Shown: piece after piece, positions 1-11,191 of the stretch | How positions within the stretch are numbered: the first letter of the stretch is position 1 | Layout: each line of letters starts with the position of its first letter | Assembly: GCA_031459385.1 (NCBI GenBank) | Contig: JAVKIP010000001.1 | Coordinates: 256,001 to 320,000, forward strand | Direction: 5' to 3' | Source of the DNA: Candidatus Fervidifonticultor secundus | GTDB taxonomy: Bacteria > Sysuimicrobiota > Sysuimicrobiia > Sysuimicrobiales > Humicultoraceae | DNA: 64,000 nt | Notes under the pieces: generated by a model | Database searches by the model: none | What the model was told of the DNA's origin: nothing | Seen by the model: the letters and a program-made list of their open reading frames with translations, nothing else | Made by a program: the position numbers and the translations under genes

Positions 1-49
1 CGGAGTAGCGACGGCGCCGGCGCGACGGCGCGCGGGGAGGAAGGCGGCG

Positions 50-1081
50 GTGAGCTGGAAGTACCCGGCCCTGCTCTGGTTGCTCCTGCTGCCCGGCGCG
101 CTGGCAGGGCTCTACGTGCGGTCGGCGCAGCGCATTCCCCGGCGGGGCGCGGTGCGCTATCCTGGGGCGCTGGTGGCGGCCGCCGCGCCCTTCGCCCGCC
201 CCGTGCGGCGACACCTCGCCGCGGCGGCATTCGTCCTGGCCGCCGCCGCGGCCGTGCTGGGGATGGCAGGACCGGTGGTGCCCTGGCCTGTGGCCTCGGG
301 GCGCCCCGTGGTACTCATCATCGACATCAGCCGGAGCATGGAGGAGAGCGACGTCAGGCCGAGCCGTATCGAGGCGGCCAGGACCGCAGCCCTCGAGTTC
401 ATGGACCACCTGCCGCACGCCAGCCGCGCCGCCCTGGTGACCTTCGGCAACTTCGCATCGGTGGTGGTGCCGCTCACCGACGACCGGGAGCGGATGCGGG
501 AAGGGATCCGTAGCCTCACCACGCAGCTGCGGACGCAGCTCGGCAACGGGCTCGTGGAGGGGATCCGGGCGGTGCTCGGCGAGGGCGGCACCTTGCCCGC
601 AACGGGCCCGTCGCCGCCCTCCACCGCGCCGCCGGGCCCGTCGCCACCTTTCGCTGCGCCTTTCGGGGCAGCGCCCGGTGCCCTCCCCCCGCTGGATCGC
701 CCGCGGGCCATTGCGATCCTGCTCTCCGACGGTCGGGCCAGCGACGGCATCCCGCCCCTGGAGGCCGCAGCGGAGGCGCGCCGGCGCGGCGTGCGCGTAT
801 ATACGGTCGGCGTCGGCACCGCGGCCGACCCGAGCACGCTGCGCAGCGGCTACTGGGGGGTGCTGGACGAGCCCACGCTGCGCGCGATCGCCGCCGAGAC
901 CGGCGGTGAATACTTCCACGCCAGCGCCGCGGAGCGGCTGCGGGAGGTCTACCGGGACCTGGCCCGTCGCGTCGGCTGGGAGCGCCGCCCGACGGAGATG
1001 TCGGCCGCCGCCGGGGCGGTGGCCCTGGCGCTGCTGGTGGCCGCGGTCGTGGCGCGCACCTGGCTGGCGCCGCTGGCCTGA
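50..1081 (+). CDS. VWA domain protein with BatA-like N-terminal membrane segment
   Basis: MIDAS motif DISRSM, LLSDG and LDEPTLRAIAAETGGEYF; hydrophobic N- and C-termini; GGAGG upstream of GTG. Confidence 0.85.
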   Translation: MSWKYPALLWLLLLPGALAGLYVRSAQRIPRRGAVRYPGALVAAAAPFARPVRRHLAAAAFVLAAAAAVLGMAGPVVPWPVASGRPVVLIIDISRSMEESDVRPSRIEAARTAALEFMDHLPHASRAALVTFGNFASVVVPLTDDRERMREGIRSLTTQLRTQLGNGLVEGIRAVLGEGGTLPATGPSPPSTAPPGPSPPFAAPFGAAPGALPPLDRPRAIAILLSDGRASDGIPPLEAAAEARRRGVRVYTVGVGTAADPSTLRSGYWGVLDEPTLRAIAAETGGEYFHASAAERLREVYRDLARRVGWERRPTEMSAAAGAVALALLVAAVVARTWLAPLA

Positions 1082-1090
1082 GCGGCGCCG

Positions 1091-2503
1091 CTACACCTCC
1101 AGGGGGACGCCCGGCGCGGGCTCCAGCACCCGCACCCCCGGCACCAGGTCGCGCCACAGCTCGGCCTTCTCGGTGTGCACCGGCACCAGGATCTCCGGCT
1201 GCAGCGTCTGCACCATGCGCACCAGGTCGGCCTGGCCGGCGTGCCCCGAGGCGTGGGTGTTCAACCGCCGGCGCACGCCGAGCAGGTCCAGCCAGTTGTT
1301 CAGGCGCCACAGGTCGCGGGCCTGCTCTTCGTCGTGGGCCTCGCTGGAGGAGAAGATATAGAGCGCCTCGGGTCCGATGCCCAGGTCAATGAGGTTCTGT
1401 ACGTCCCAGAAGGAGAGCGCGAAGATCATGCGGTGCGCCGCCGGCCGCAGCTGGTCGGCGGTGCGCACCGTCGGCCAGGCCAGCACCCGGCGCTCCCAGG
1501 TATCGTAGTCCTTGTCGCTGTAGGTCCCGCTCTGCTTGCGTTCCTTCAGGATGAGCAGGGGAGCCTCGCGGACGTCGGGCACCAGCGGGTGGAGGCCGCG
1601 CAGGCGGTCGAGCATGAAGGCATCCTGGGGCAGCACGACCAGGGACCGTTCCGTCTCGCGCGCGACGCGGAGGAAGGTGGCCAGGCGGTACAGATCCCGC
1701 GGGGCGAAGTCGGCGATGACCGGTCCCGGCACCTCGCGCACGGCGGCCAGCGCCTCGCGGAACACATCGTCCTCGGTGCGGTGGTCTGTGACGTCGAGCC
1801 GCGTCCCTTCCACGATCAACATCCACACGCCCTCGCGGGCGGCCGCGGCCAGCATCTCTTCGCTGAGATCCGCCTCCGGGCCGTGGAACCGCAGGTCCCC
1901 GGTGTAAAGTACCGGGCCCCGCGAGGTGCGCACGTGGAACGCGACGCAGCCCAGCATCGAGTGGTCCACCGGCAGCGCCTGCACGGGCAGACGTCCCAGG
2001 GGCACCTGGCCGGTGATCTCACGGAACGGCCGCACCACCACGCCGCGGTCGCCGGGGAAGGCCGGGCGCGGCCGGAAGTCGATGATCTCGCCCTCGAAGT
2101 CGCGCGCCCGGCTGTGCTGGATCGCCTCCAGCGTGCGGTGGGTCAGCGGCGAGCAGTAGACGGGGATGCGCTCGTCGAGGAACGCGATGTGACCCGCATG
2201 GTCCAGGTGGGCATGCGACAGGAGCACGGCATCGACCGCGGGGTCGGCGTGCACCGGCAGGCCACAGGCGGCGATGCGCAGCAGGTCCCGGCGGTAGATG
2301 CCAGGCACCGGGGGGAGCACCCCCGTGACCAGCAGGTCGGTGAGCCCGGCGGCGGTCCGCGGCTTCAGGTACTCTTCGAAGAAGCGCTTGCGCTGCGCGT
2401 ACGAGATACCGAAGTCCAAAAGGACGCGCGCGCCGCTGTCTTCCAGCAAGATTTTGTTGCCGCCGATCTCGCCGGCGCCGCCGTGAACCGTCAACCGGAC
2501 CAT
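1091..2503 (-). CDS. MBL-fold/beta-CASP metallo-hydrolase, RNase J-like
   Basis: Start re-chosen at MVRLTVHGGAGEIGGNK; motifs LLDFG, SHAHLDH, VDHS, YTGDLRFHG, HASGHA, PVHTE. Confidence 0.8.
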   Translation of the reverse strand: MVRLTVHGGAGEIGGNKILLEDSGARVLLDFGISYAQRKRFFEEYLKPRTAAGLTDLLVTGVLPPVPGIYRRDLLRIAACGLPVHADPAVDAVLLSHAHLDHAGHIAFLDERIPVYCSPLTHRTLEAIQHSRARDFEGEIIDFRPRPAFPGDRGVVVRPFREITGQVPLGRLPVQALPVDHSMLGCVAFHVRTSRGPVLYTGDLRFHGPEADLSEEMLAAAAREGVWMLIVEGTRLDVTDHRTEDDVFREALAAVREVPGPVIADFAPRDLYRLATFLRVARETERSLVVLPQDAFMLDRLRGLHPLVPDVREAPLLILKERKQSGTYSDKDYDTWERRVLAWPTVRTADQLRPAAHRMIFALSFWDVQNLIDLGIGPEALYIFSSSEAHDEEQARDLWRLNNWLDLLGVRRRLNTHASGHAGQADLVRMVQTLQPEILVPVHTEKAELWRDLVPGVRVLEPAPGVPLEV

Positions 2504-2550
2504 CGGAGTCCCACGCCGCGGTCGCCGGTGGCCGCGCCGCGGGGCGCGGA

Positions 2551-3057
2551 CTACCCGCGGGGGCCGCCCTGGGCCCGGGTCTCCGCGTACTGCCGCCGCC
2601 GCGTGGCGATCGTACGGAGATGGTGGTCCACGTGCTCGACGAAGTGGGCCACGATCCCCTCCACGGTCTGCGCGCCCTCCCGCGTGTGCTGGCCGGTGCG
2701 GGTCCAGGCCTCGGGCGGCATGCGGCGCAGGAGGTCGGCGGTCGTCTCGCGCACCGCGCGCAGCAGCGCCAGCGAGGCCTCCAGCGAGCGCCCCGCGTAG
2801 TCCAGCGCCCTGCCCCACTGCTCCTGGTCGAACGCGACCAGCGCGACGCCGGGCTCGGCCAGGACGTGCCGCAGGCGGGCCGCGGCCACGAGGTCGGCGT
2901 CCGCCAGGTGCACCACGTTCTGGTGGATGCTCCAGTGGCCCGGCGCGGGTGTGAAGTGCAGTTCGTCCGTGGAGAGCCCGCGCACCGCCGCGGCCACCAG
3001 CCGCGGTCCCTCCGTATAGGCGTTGATGAGCATGGCGATACGCTCGGCGGACGGCAT
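2551..3057 (-). CDS. DinB family protein
   Basis: WSIHQNVVHLAD and HVDHHL His pattern; 168 aa. Confidence 0.8.
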   Translation of the reverse strand: MPSAERIAMLINAYTEGPRLVAAAVRGLSTDELHFTPAPGHWSIHQNVVHLADADLVAAARLRHVLAEPGVALVAFDQEQWGRALDYAGRSLEASLALLRAVRETTADLLRRMPPEAWTRTGQHTREGAQTVEGIVAHFVEHVDHHLRTIATRRRQYAETRAQGGPRG

Positions 3058-3264
3058 GCGACCCCCTGCACGCAGGAATCGCGTGCGGGTTCGCGGCAGC
3101 CGCCGGCGATCCCTTCTGGCGCGCGCAGGCGGTTACTTCAACGCATCGGCCACGGAGTGCCGCCACCCCCCTGGCCGCCATCTTGTCACCGTACGGCCGC
3201 AGGCGGTCAGCCGATGGACGAAGTGCGGTACACTGGGAGCGGGACACTCGGATGGGAGACCGTC

Positions 3265-3951
3265 GTGCGTGATGCGACAGCCGGTGGGCTCGCAGCGCTG
3301 ATGCTGGCGCTGCTGGCGCCCGGCTTGGTGGCGCCTCCACCTCCGGTCGCGACACCTGCGCCGGCCCTGACGCTCGATGGTGTCGCCCACGGGCTGGAGG
3401 CCCGGGCGCTGGTCGTGACCGGCGCGGTGCGCAACCGCGGACCCGAGCCGGTCCGCGGCGTGGCCGTCGACGTCACCGGACTCTCGCCGTCGGGTGCGCC
3501 GGCGTTCTTCGGGAGCGACGGCATCCCCTGGCCGCTGCCGCCGGGTACCACTGCCCGTTTCACCGTACGGCTGCCGCTGGCCGCAGGGGTCGTCCGCGAG
3601 TATGCGGTGGAGGTCTGGCTGGCCGGGGTGCGCCGGGACGTCCTGGCCCGTACGCGCCGGCAGGTGGAGCCGCTCCTGTACCTTCCCGTGCTGCCGGCGA
3701 TGGTGCGGGTGGACGGCGCGGTGACCGGCGACACGCTGGTGGTGCGCAGCCACGCCACCGACCTCCCCGTCACCCACGTCGTCGTCGACGCCACCGTGAG
3801 CCTGCCGGGGCTGCCCGTGAACAGCCTCGAGCGCTTCGTGCTGCACGTGCCGGCCAATGACCGCGCCGTGCTGCGCCTGGGCACCCGGGGCGCGTTCCTG
3901 GTGGCGCTCCGCGTGGTGGACGTCTGGGTGCAGCGGGCCTGGACGGAGTGA
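3265..3951 (+). CDS. Secreted FxLYD-like domain protein
   Basis: Signal-like hydrophobic N-terminus, then VTGAVRNRG...LPPGTTARF; GGAG before GTG 3265 (ATG 3214 is an alternative start). Confidence 0.55.
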   Translation: MRDATAGGLAALMLALLAPGLVAPPPPVATPAPALTLDGVAHGLEARALVVTGAVRNRGPEPVRGVAVDVTGLSPSGAPAFFGSDGIPWPLPPGTTARFTVRLPLAAGVVREYAVEVWLAGVRRDVLARTRRQVEPLLYLPVLPAMVRVDGAVTGDTLVVRSHATDLPVTHVVVDATVSLPGLPVNSLERFVLHVPANDRAVLRLGTRGAFLVALRVVDVWVQRAWTE

Positions 3952-3979
3952 GCCGCGCAGGCCGACCCTGGAGGGCTGG

Positions 3980-5287
3980 ATGCCCCCACGCGCGGTGGTG
4001 ATCGGTGGCGGTGCGATCGGCGCCGCCTCGGCCTACTACCTCGCCCAGGACGGCTGGGACGTCACCCTCGTCGAGCGCGGCGAGGTCGGCCGGGGCTGCT
4101 CCTACGGCAACGCCTGCCTGATCGTCCCCAGCCACGCGCATCCGCTGCCGCAGCCGGGCGTCGTCGGTGAGGCGCTGCGGTGGCTGCTGCGGGCCGACAG
4201 CCCGGTCTACATCCGCCCGCGGCTCGACCCCAGCCTCGCGGCCTGGCTGTGGCGGTTCTGGCGCGCCTGCCGGCCAGCCGCGGCGGCCCGGGCCCACGGC
4301 GCGCTCGTGGCGCTGGGCCGGCTGAGCCTCGCGCTGTACGAGGACCTGGCGCGGACCGTGGCACAGTCTGTCTTCTTCCAGCGCCGCGGGCTGCTGCACG
4401 TGTATCTCGGCGCGCAGGCGATGGCACACGCGCGGGCCGAGCAGGAGCGCTACGCGCGGGAAGGCTTTCCCGGCCGCGTGCTGGGCGGCGACGACCTGCG
4501 CGCCTTCGAGCCAGCGCTGTCGCCGCGCGCGAGCGCGGGGCTGTACCTCGACGGGGAGGCCCACGGCGACTCGTTCGCGTTCGTGCGGGCCCTGGCCGGT
4601 GCGGCCGCCGCGCGGGGCGCGCGGGTACTGACGGGCGTGACGGCAACGCGCATCGTCGTCCGCGGCGGGCGGGCGACCGGCGTGGCCGCAGACGGCGACG
4701 AGCTGCCGGCCGACGCCGTGGTGCTGGCCGCGGGCGCCTGGTCCCCGGCACTGGCCGCCTCCGTGGGCCTGCGCGTCCCGATGCAGCCGGCGAAGGGCTA
4801 CAGCTGCACGGTCCGGCCGGTGGGTCCGGCGCCCTCGGTGCCGCTGTACGTGGTCGGCCGCCGCGTGGCGATCACGCCGCTGGGCGACCGGCTGCGCTTC
4901 GGCGGCACGCTGGAGCTCGCCGGATACGACGTCCGCATCGACGCGCGGCGCTACGGCGCCGTCGTGGCCGCAGCGCGCGAGGTGTTGCGCGACGACGTCC
5001 GATGGGAACAGGAAGAGGCATGGTGCGGGCTCCGCCCGCTCATGCCCGACGGCCTGCCGCTCATCGGCCCGGTGCCAGGGATCGAGGGCGCGATCGTGGC
5101 GACAGGCCACGCCATGCTGGGCTTCACGCAGGCGCCAGGCACCGGGCGGATTGTCGCCGACCTGGCTGCCGGCCGGCCGCCGGCCGTGCCGCTGGCGGTC
5201 TTCCGGGTGGACCGCTTCGGTCCGATGGGGCGGACGCGGGACCAGCGTCGGGCCGCGCGCGGGGGCGAGGGCTGTGACGGGTGGTGA
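3980..5287 (+). CDS. FAD-dependent D-amino acid dehydrogenase (DadA/DAO family)
   Basis: GGGAIG dinucleotide motif, SYGNAC, PAKGYS, WCGLRP, ATGHAMLG. Confidence 0.85.
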   Translation: MPPRAVVIGGGAIGAASAYYLAQDGWDVTLVERGEVGRGCSYGNACLIVPSHAHPLPQPGVVGEALRWLLRADSPVYIRPRLDPSLAAWLWRFWRACRPAAAARAHGALVALGRLSLALYEDLARTVAQSVFFQRRGLLHVYLGAQAMAHARAEQERYAREGFPGRVLGGDDLRAFEPALSPRASAGLYLDGEAHGDSFAFVRALAGAAAARGARVLTGVTATRIVVRGGRATGVAADGDELPADAVVLAAGAWSPALAASVGLRVPMQPAKGYSCTVRPVGPAPSVPLYVVGRRVAITPLGDRLRFGGTLELAGYDVRIDARRYGAVVAAAREVLRDDVRWEQEEAWCGLRPLMPDGLPLIGPVPGIEGAIVATGHAMLGFTQAPGTGRIVADLAAGRPPAVPLAVFRVDRFGPMGRTRDQRRAARGGEGCDGW

Positions 5288-6089
5288 CGCCTCGGCCGCA
5301 GCTGCGCTCTCGCCGCTCGTGCGCCGGGTCCGCGCGCCGAACGCCTCGTTGATGACCGGTACGGGAACCAACACCTACCTGGTGGCCGGCGACGGGATCG
5401 CCGTGATCGATCCCGGACCGGACGACGCACGCCACGTGGCAGCGGTGCTCGCGGCGACGGGCGGCCGGGCGGTGCGGTGGATCCTGGTCTCCCACCGCCA
5501 CGTCGACCACGCGCCGGCGGCGGCGGCGCTCGCGCGCGCCACCGGCGCACCGGTGGCGGCCCTGGCGGGCAGCGCTGTGCCGCATGACCGCGGCCTGCGC
5601 GACGGTGAGACCGTGGCGGGCCCGGGCTATACGCTGCAGGCGTTGCACACGCCCGGGCACGCGTCCGATCACCTGTGCTTCCTGCTGCGCGAGGAGCGCG
5701 CGCTGTTCGCGGGCGACCTGGTCGCGCAGGGGGGGACCGTGGTGATCGCGCCGCCCGACGGGGACATGGCCGCGTACCTGGCCTCGCTGGAGCGGGTGCG
5801 CGCGCTGGATCTGGCGCGGCTCTATCCCGGCCACGGCGAGCCGGTCGACGATCCTGCCGCGCTGCTCGGCGAGTACATCGAGCACCGGCTGGCGCGCGAG
5901 CGCCAGATCATCGCCGCCCTGCGCGGCGGCCCGCGCCGGATCGAGGGGCTGGTCGCGGCGATCTACACCGAGGTTCCCCAGGCGCTGCACCCGGTGGCGG
6001 CGAAGTCCGTGCTGGCGCACCTCCTCAAGCTCCGGGCGGAAGGCCGCGTCGCAGGCGAGGAGGACGGGGTCTGGCGCCTGCTGGAGTGA
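5274..6089 (+). CDS. MBL-fold metallo-hydrolase (LACTB2-like)
   Basis: PNASLMTGTGTNTY, SHRHVDH, HTPGHASDH, AGD, PGHG, C-terminal winged-helix-like tail. Confidence 0.85.
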   Translation: MTGGDASAAAALSPLVRRVRAPNASLMTGTGTNTYLVAGDGIAVIDPGPDDARHVAAVLAATGGRAVRWILVSHRHVDHAPAAAALARATGAPVAALAGSAVPHDRGLRDGETVAGPGYTLQALHTPGHASDHLCFLLREERALFAGDLVAQGGTVVIAPPDGDMAAYLASLERVRALDLARLYPGHGEPVDDPAALLGEYIEHRLARERQIIAALRGGPRRIEGLVAAIYTEVPQALHPVAAKSVLAHLLKLRAEGRVAGEEDGVWRLLE

Positions 6090-6118
6090 TGGTGCATGAG
6101 CGGTGGTTCGTGACGAGG

Positions 6119-6218
6119 CTGGGCCTGATCGTCTGGGGGGGGCGCGGTGATCGCCGACTCGGCGCAGTTCTCGTTGGCCGTGAGCGAGCTCGTCGAGCGC
6201 CGCCGCGTCGGCAGCGCC
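6119..6218 (+). pseudogene. Fragment of an MFS transporter gene
   Basis: LGLIVWG, frameshift in a G8 run, then AVIADSAQFSLAVSELVERRRVGSA; resembles SLADSPSYPAALMEVVPARSLGGA of the intact MFS at 23330-24655. Confidence 0.55.
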
Positions 6219-6250
6219 AGCGAGGCCGTCCGGCTCGCCGCCGGGCGGCG

Positions 6251-8161
<1,911 letters not shown>

Positions 8162-8170
8162 AGACACTTG

Positions 8171-8200
8171 ACCTTAGGCACGCCGCGGCAGTGCTGTCAA
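8171..8200 (-). promoter_or_regulatory. Putative sigma70 promoter of the ABC-F gene
   Basis: Minus strand TTGACA-N18-TAAGGT ending 9 nt before ATG 8161; no SD sequence. Confidence 0.45.
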
Positions 8201-8313
8201 GGCGCGCACCCGGGCGCGGCGCGCACCCGGCTGCGCACAGGAACTCCCCGCGCGGGTGTCCAAGAGCCCACGCGACGCCCGCAGGGACCATCGTCATCGA
8301 AGGAGGGAGCACC

Positions 8314-9009
8314 GTGCCGCTTGCGCCGGAGACGCTTGCCGCGCTGCGCACGCTGTCCAGCCCCACGGTCGCCAACGCCATCGAGACGTTCCGGGTGCGG
8401 CCCCGCGAAGCGGGCAACCTTGCATCGGGGATCCGGGCGCTGTTCCCCGACCTCGGCCCGATCGTCGGGTACGCCGCCACCGCGGTAATCCGCGCCGAGC
8501 ACCCCGCCGCCGGGGGACGCCGGGCCAGCACCTTCGCGTGGTGGGACTACCTGCAGACGATTCCGGCGCCGCGCATCGTGGTCGTCCACGACCTGGACGA
8601 CCCGCGCGGCCAGGGCGCGTTCTGGGGCGAGGTCCAGGCCAACATCCACATGGCGCTGGGGTGCGTGGGGACCGTGACCGACGGAGCGGTGCGCGACCTG
8701 GACGAGGTGCGCGCCCTGGGGTTCCAGTGCTGCGCCGCGCACGTCTCGGTCTCGCACGCCAACGTGCACCTCGTCGAGTTCGACATCCCCGTCAAGGTCG
8801 GCGGCGTCTGGATCGCGTCCGGCGACCTGCTCCACGCCGACCAGCACGGCGCCGTGGTCATCCCGGCCGAGGTGGCCGACAGGATCCCCGAGGCCGCGGA
8901 ACGAATCGCTGCCGACGAGCAGCGCATCATTCAGGTCTGCCAGGCCGGCGGCTTCTCGCTGGAGCGCCTGAAGGCGGTCTACAGGGCGGTGCGGCCCGAC
9001 GCGTACTGA
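8314..9009 (+). CDS. RraA/HMG aldolase family protein
   Basis: AFWGEV, VTDGAVRDLDE, GDLLHADQHGAVVIP; GGAGG RBS. Confidence 0.85.
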   Translation: MPLAPETLAALRTLSSPTVANAIETFRVRPREAGNLASGIRALFPDLGPIVGYAATAVIRAEHPAAGGRRASTFAWWDYLQTIPAPRIVVVHDLDDPRGQGAFWGEVQANIHMALGCVGTVTDGAVRDLDEVRALGFQCCAAHVSVSHANVHLVEFDIPVKVGGVWIASGDLLHADQHGAVVIPAEVADRIPEAAERIAADEQRIIQVCQAGGFSLERLKAVYRAVRPDAY

Positions 9010-9029
9010 GCGCCGCCGGGGAGGGGACG

Positions 9030-10277
9030 ATGGGGTCGCAGGATCTGCGTGACGAACTGACCTATGCGCGTGCGCGCGCCGACGAGGTGGTGTGGTGGCG
9101 GGCCAGGCGGCTGGGGATCTCCCGGCGCCGGTTCCTGGCGCTGCTCGCCGCTGGCAGCGCGTCGCTGGTCGCGCGGTCGCCGCTGCCAGGGCGGCAGACG
9201 GCCGCGGCCGCGCCGGCGGCCTCCCTGGTGGTGAAGCCCGTGCCCCCGGACCTGTTCTACAACTTCGGCAGCAACCACGAGATGCGCTGGGAGCAGATGC
9301 GCGCCCGTGGCTACGTCGTGCCCAACGAGCTCTTCTTCATCCGCAACCACACCCGCACGCCGCACATCGACCCCGCCACGTGGCGGCTGCGCGTCGAGGG
9401 GTTCGGCGTGGCGCGGCCCCTGGCGTTGACCTACGACGAGATCCTCTCGCTGCCCGACGTCTCGGTGCGGCGCTACATCGAGTGCGCCGGCAACGGCCGC
9501 AGCTTCTTCGAGCTGGCCTACGGCCGCCGCGCGCAGGGCACGCAGTGGCGCCTGGGCGCGGTGGGCGTGGCCGAGTGGACCGGCGTGCCGCTGCGCGAGA
9601 TCCTGGCCCGCGCCGGGATCAAGCGGACCGCCGTGGACGTCATGCCCGAGGGCCTCGACGACCTGAAGGTACGGCGGCCGATGTCCGTGGCCAAAGCGAT
9701 GGAAGAGGACACGCTGCTCGTCTACGCCATGAACGGCCACCCGTTGCCGCCCGACCACGGGTTCCCGGCGCGGCTGCTGGTGCCGGGGTGGATCGGCATC
9801 GCCAACATCAAGTGGGTGGGGCGAATCGAGGTCTCGGAGACGCCGCTGTTCTCGGCCTGGAACACCGAGAGCTACGTGCTCATCGGGCCCGACTACCGGA
9901 AGCCGGAGCACTCGCCGGCCCTGGGGCCGATCCTGTCGATGCAGAACGTGAAGAGCGCGTTCGAGCTGCCCTGGCCCGCGGAGCTGCGCGCGGGCCGGCA
10001 GGTGCTCCGGGGCCGGTCGTGGGGGCCCTACGCGATCGCCGGCGTGGAGGTCAGCTTCGACCGCGGCGTGACCTGGCAGCCGGCGCGCCTGCGGGACGCT
10101 GCCGCCCCGCGGGCGTGGACGCGCTGGGAGGTCGAGTGGGACGCGCGGCCGGGCGAGTACAGCCTGCGGGCGCGCGCCACCGACGCGGCCGGCAACCGCC
10201 AGCCAGCGGGCGTGCCGTGGAACGAGCAGGGCTACCTGTACAACGCGGTCGTTGGGCACCCGGTGACCGTGAGTTGA
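9030..10277 (+). CDS. Tat-exported sulfite oxidase family molybdoenzyme
   Basis: SRRRFL Tat motif, FFIRNH, IECAGNGR Mo-Cys, DHGFPARL, IKW, C-terminal Ig-like dimerisation domain. Confidence 0.88.
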   Translation: MGSQDLRDELTYARARADEVVWWRARRLGISRRRFLALLAAGSASLVARSPLPGRQTAAAAPAASLVVKPVPPDLFYNFGSNHEMRWEQMRARGYVVPNELFFIRNHTRTPHIDPATWRLRVEGFGVARPLALTYDEILSLPDVSVRRYIECAGNGRSFFELAYGRRAQGTQWRLGAVGVAEWTGVPLREILARAGIKRTAVDVMPEGLDDLKVRRPMSVAKAMEEDTLLVYAMNGHPLPPDHGFPARLLVPGWIGIANIKWVGRIEVSETPLFSAWNTESYVLIGPDYRKPEHSPALGPILSMQNVKSAFELPWPAELRAGRQVLRGRSWGPYAIAGVEVSFDRGVTWQPARLRDAAAPRAWTRWEVEWDARPGEYSLRARATDAAGNRQPAGVPWNEQGYLYNAVVGHPVTVS

Positions 10278-10672
10278 CGGCGGTGCTGCGGGCGAGGGCC
10301 CGCTGGCGCGCGCTGCGCGTGGGGCTCGCCACCGCCGGGGTCGGGTTGTGGCTGGCGGCGGGACCGCCGGGCGCCGCGGCCCCGGCTCCGCGCCCGGTCG
10401 AGATCAAAGCCCGCGAGTTCGCCTTCGACCCCAGGGAGGTCACGGTCCGCGCCGGCGAGGTCACGTTTGCCGTCAAGAACGAAGGGTCGATCGAGCACAA
10501 CTTCGTCCTGCAGGACGGCACCCGTCGCACCGTGGCGGAGATCGCGGTCATCCCGGCGGGCGCCATCGAGGACGTGAAGGTCACGCTCCGCGCCGGTACC
10601 TACGCCATGCTCTGCACGCTGCCCGGCCACCGCGACGCGGGCATGCACGGCACGGTGCGGGCCCAGCCCTAG
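10274..10672 (+). CDS. Cupredoxin (type 1 copper) protein
   Basis: EHNF...CTLPGHRDAGM ligand set; signal peptide; TTGA overlap with the upstream stop (start uncertain). Confidence 0.8.
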   Translation: MTAVLRARARWRALRVGLATAGVGLWLAAGPPGAAAPAPRPVEIKAREFAFDPREVTVRAGEVTFAVKNEGSIEHNFVLQDGTRRTVAEIAVIPAGAIEDVKVTLRAGTYAMLCTLPGHRDAGMHGTVRAQP

Positions 10673-10693
10673 GCCGGGGCGGGTCTCGGGCGG

Positions 10694-11050
10694 CTAGCGC
10701 CGCAGGTAGGCGTCCGCGCCCGCGATCCAGTCCTGCCGCGGCGGGCTGAAGATGTCGACGTCCACGACGTCCTCCAGGGCCTCGGCACCGTGCGGCAGGT
10801 TGCCCGGGATCAGCAGCATCTCCCCCGCCCGCAGGATGACCTCGCGGTCGGGGAAGGTGAAGCGCATCGTGCCGGCCACACAGTAGGAGAGCTGCTCGTT
10901 CTCGTGCTGGTGCGTGGGTACCACCGCGCCGGCCTTGAGCTCCAGCAGCGCGCACATGATCCGGTCGCCCCAGAACATCCGCCGGGTGATCTTGGGGTTC
11001 AGCGCCTCGGGCGTCATGGCGGCCAGGACATGGTGTTGCAGCTCGGCCAT
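10694..11050 (-). CDS. Cupin domain protein
   Basis: PTHQHENEQ and IPGNLPHG cupin motifs, DIFSPPR; GAGGAG RBS. Confidence 0.85.
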   Translation of the reverse strand: MAELQHHVLAAMTPEALNPKITRRMFWGDRIMCALLELKAGAVVPTHQHENEQLSYCVAGTMRFTFPDREVILRAGEMLLIPGNLPHGAEALEDVVDVDIFSPPRQDWIAGADAYLRR

Positions 11051-11191
11051 CCGTCTCCTCCTCACAGCAGAATGCCGGTACCGTGAGGGTTGCACGCCAG
11101 GGAGAGGCTTCCTGCCGCAGGAGGCGCCCGCGGGCGGGTATAAGCAAGGAAGCACTCCAGCACGTCGCCAGCACCCGGGAGGAGGACGTCC

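Noticed and set aside
590..700. Short repeated GGGCCCGTCGCC units in the VWA gene
   Set aside because: They encode a Pro-rich linker (GPSPP twice); not an array.
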